A stretch of DNA of 25,577 nucleotides from a virus (taxonomy: Duplodnaviria > Caudoviricetes): the IMG/VR virus record IMGVR_UViG_3300025502_000135, positions 1 through 25,577 of that record; one strand, written 5' to 3'. The notes below the pieces were generated by a model. It was not told where the DNA came from, ran no database searches, and saw only the letters and a program-made list of their open reading frames with translations. How positions within the stretch are numbered: position 1 is the stretch's first letter; each line of letters starts with the position of its first letter. The position numbers and the translations under genes were made by a program. Shown here piece after piece: positions 24,601 to 25,577 of the stretch.

Positions 24601-25577
24601 AGGAAACAGCATATTCAAAGCTGACTCAAATGGAATCTATTTAGGCAACGCAGTGTTTGCCTCGGCTCCATTTAGTGTCAGTCCTGATGGGGCACTGATA
24701 GCAGATAACGCCACAATTACAGGCGATCTAACGCTCACTAATGTTGATGGAACAACTGTTACATATAGTGGCGGCGATTTGCAGGTCGGGACAATTCAAA
24801 CAGGCAATATTGCGTCTGATGCAGTGACCAATGCTTTGATAGCAACTGACGCTGTGAATCAAGATTCTATTGCCGCCAATTCTGTCACTGCGGTAGAGAT
24901 TGTAGCGGGCACCATAACTGCAACGGAGATAGCGGCCAACACCATAACAGCCGCGAAAATAGCGGCCAATACAATCACTGCAACTGAAATAGCCGCCAAC
25001 ACCATTACTGCATCCGAGATAGCCGCTGATACCATAACGGCTGGTCAGATTGCGGCTAATGCTATTACCACCTCTGAAATAGCCGCTGATGCTGTAACCG
25101 CCACTGAGATTAATGTTGAAACGCTATCTGCTATAAGCGCCAACATGGGAACGATCACTACAGGCTCTCTTCATGGCGGCAATGTAGCGGGTATAACAAT
25201 CAATGCCACTAAGCTGTTTGAAGGCACAGGTACTTACGGCAACGCAAACACAGGGTTCTATTTAGGTTCAGACGGCAAATTCAGTCTATCCGATAAGTTG
25301 ACGTTTGATGGAAGTTCGGCAACCCCCCTATTGACCATTGAGGGTAATGTAGTAGCAAATAAAGTGACGGTAGGCACTGGGGCTAATTCGGCAACTATGT
25401 CAGGCGATGTTGAGGGTTCTAACCCTGTTAGGCGCTTTTATACTGGAGCCGATGCAGGGCCAAACGAATTCTATGTCAATTCAGATGGTAGCGTTCATGC
25501 CAGTGATATTTATCTTTATGACAGCAACAACAACCTCATTTATTCCAGTGCCACAGGATTTGAAGCCTTAGCATTGA
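21614..25577 (+). CDS. Tail tip / central fibre (host-specificity J-like) protein, >1320 aa, 3' end off-window
   Basis: ATG 21614; hydrophobic N-terminus, PRQLIYGTTRVGG, GHE, RGKNIWDPR, NPALQIRDYL; two FN3-like domains (~23220-23830); C-terminal beta repeats and LSAISANMGTIT; every segment I translated was open, ending ...FEALAL, and its absence from the ORF track fits a stop-less frame. Confidence 0.92.
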   Translation, partial: MAKVIKAAIIAVVVVVITVAAVIQFGPAGVLVTQGMWGAAAVTMYLTAFVGTLVAGGIGMLSSKGMGASGANFGTKVSAKAGAAPRQLIYGTTRVGGTIVKMDTRGSSGNILCMSIVVAGHECDGWDDIYFNETKLTHTNATTSGETVYTATNAKFSNSENALAFGGTSLARWTFHDGTQDAVDGLGAAGSAVRYPSSCKLLGVTYFYMEIIYDPEDMPSMPSIWFVMRGKNIWDPRTSAISTTDLQRQNPALQIRDYLSNTLYGLKALDSEINDTTGGGGFQSAANTCDQDVTLADGSTLETRYTSNGFSNFSASGSGLIESITTACAGNVTYTNGKFNLFAGASQTPALTINDDNILAAPKITTQSMSGELFNSVKSIFVNKDDNYQASEVTQYNGTAFLAADTPSGEASANFARTLELKYPFTTSETMAQRLQRIGLEHQRQSTSLEVLTSLEFMKTQPNDWIYVTNSRLGYTNKIFEIQGMSMTFLENDGNIFAATSLQLQEMSTDVFGFVYDSYSTPQANATAPVIGTLAVDPPTIGTPVQVTNVEGQTAKINIKVVWTNVVDSSIQGTEIQFREVTDPVSEYQSATLAGKGLTTAEIANVTVGISYDIRVRHFSFDNVYSVYSSVATITIAQPDTILAIVANTITTTTDKPFNVQLGWTNPANTNLRAVEVHYATTSGFIPSAGNLVGTYYGDIAKKKTVLIGKSQGLEYDTDYYFQLRAINIYGSASAYTESPVAKMLKATTADVENLNASVITAGEIDAEVITVVNLDASEIKTGKLTLSGSTADAVRLGKATYEDSTTGGFFLGFTASGTIEEALYIGTAANGLRYTPTGGLIVTGSITATTGEIGGFTVSATSLIAGTGATRISLDTAAGISMGHNTFASAPFRVNLAGDLVATSATIQGAITATSGAIANLTIDTNKIYSGTGTFNNANTPFYVDNAGQLSLKNKLSWNGTTLTIDGGGTFSGALSAASGTFAGALSGGTISIGSGNSIFKADSNGIYLGNAVFASAPFSVSPDGALIADNATITGDLTLTNVDGTTVTYSGGDLQVGTIQTGNIASDAVTNALIATDAVNQDSIAANSVTAVEIVAGTITATEIAANTITAAKIAANTITATEIAANTITASEIAADTITAGQIAANAITTSEIAADAVTATEINVETLSAISANMGTITTGSLHGGNVAGITINATKLFEGTGTYGNANTGFYLGSDGKFSLSDKLTFDGSSATPLLTIEGNVVANKVTVGTGANSATMSGDVEGSNPVRRFYTGADAGPNEFYVNSDGSVHASDIYLYDSNNNLIYSSATGFEALAL
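24809..25108 (+). repeat. Ten tandem 30-bp coding repeats (10-aa unit, consensus IAANTITATE)
   Basis: IASDAVTNAL/IATDAVNQDS/IAANSVTAVE/IVAGTITATE/IAANTITAAK/IAANTITATE/IAANTITASE/IAADTITAGQ/IAANAITTSE/IAADAVTATE. Confidence 0.92.

Larger units (their letters stand above)
1..25577 (+). mobile_element. Siphovirus-like phage/prophage virion morphogenesis region (both ends outside the window)
   Basis: Canonical order terminase-portal-protease-capsid-neck-tail tube-TAC-TMP-tail tip, nearly all on + strand with abutting or overlapping stop/start codons; no host housekeeping genes. Confidence 0.97.

Noticed and set aside
24809-25108. Periodic 30-bp repeats as a CRISPR array or DGR template/variable repeat
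   Set aside because: No spacers, degenerate at wobble positions, in-frame protein repeat; no cas or reverse transcriptase gene and no adenine-specific variation pattern seen

Overview
The whole window is the late (virion morphogenesis) region of an HK97-fold, long non-contractile-tailed (siphovirus-type) dsDNA phage or prophage, with tail genes resembling the RcGTA-like/alphaproteobacterial type. Order: 3' end of probable terS, terL, portal, Mu-F/SPP1 gp7-like head protein, prohead protease, major capsid, decoration protein, then head-tail connector, closure, HK97 gp10, DUF3168 terminator, tail tube, chaperones with a -1 frameshift site, tape measure, Dit/hub, NlpC/P60-like protein and a >1300-aa tail-tip/fibre ORF that runs off the window and is absent from the ORF track. 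Two accessory blocks interrupt the module. (1) A leftward island of about 7 small genes (3.6-5.3 kb) has its own sigma70-like promoter and terminator. (2) The most striking feature is a tightly overlapped cassette (8.3-13.7 kb) between the head and neck genes. It encodes curli secretion proteins CsgF and CsgG, a secreted curlin-like beta-solenoid, a FecR-domain protein with an acidic linker and curlin-like C-terminus, and a CHASE2-transmembrane class III adenylate cyclase, bracketed by small holin-like membrane proteins. It looks like a phage-encoded trans-envelope curli-export/cAMP signalling system. No integrase, endolysin, tRNA or CRISPR was seen. All family assignments come from motif recognition by eye, not from database searches.
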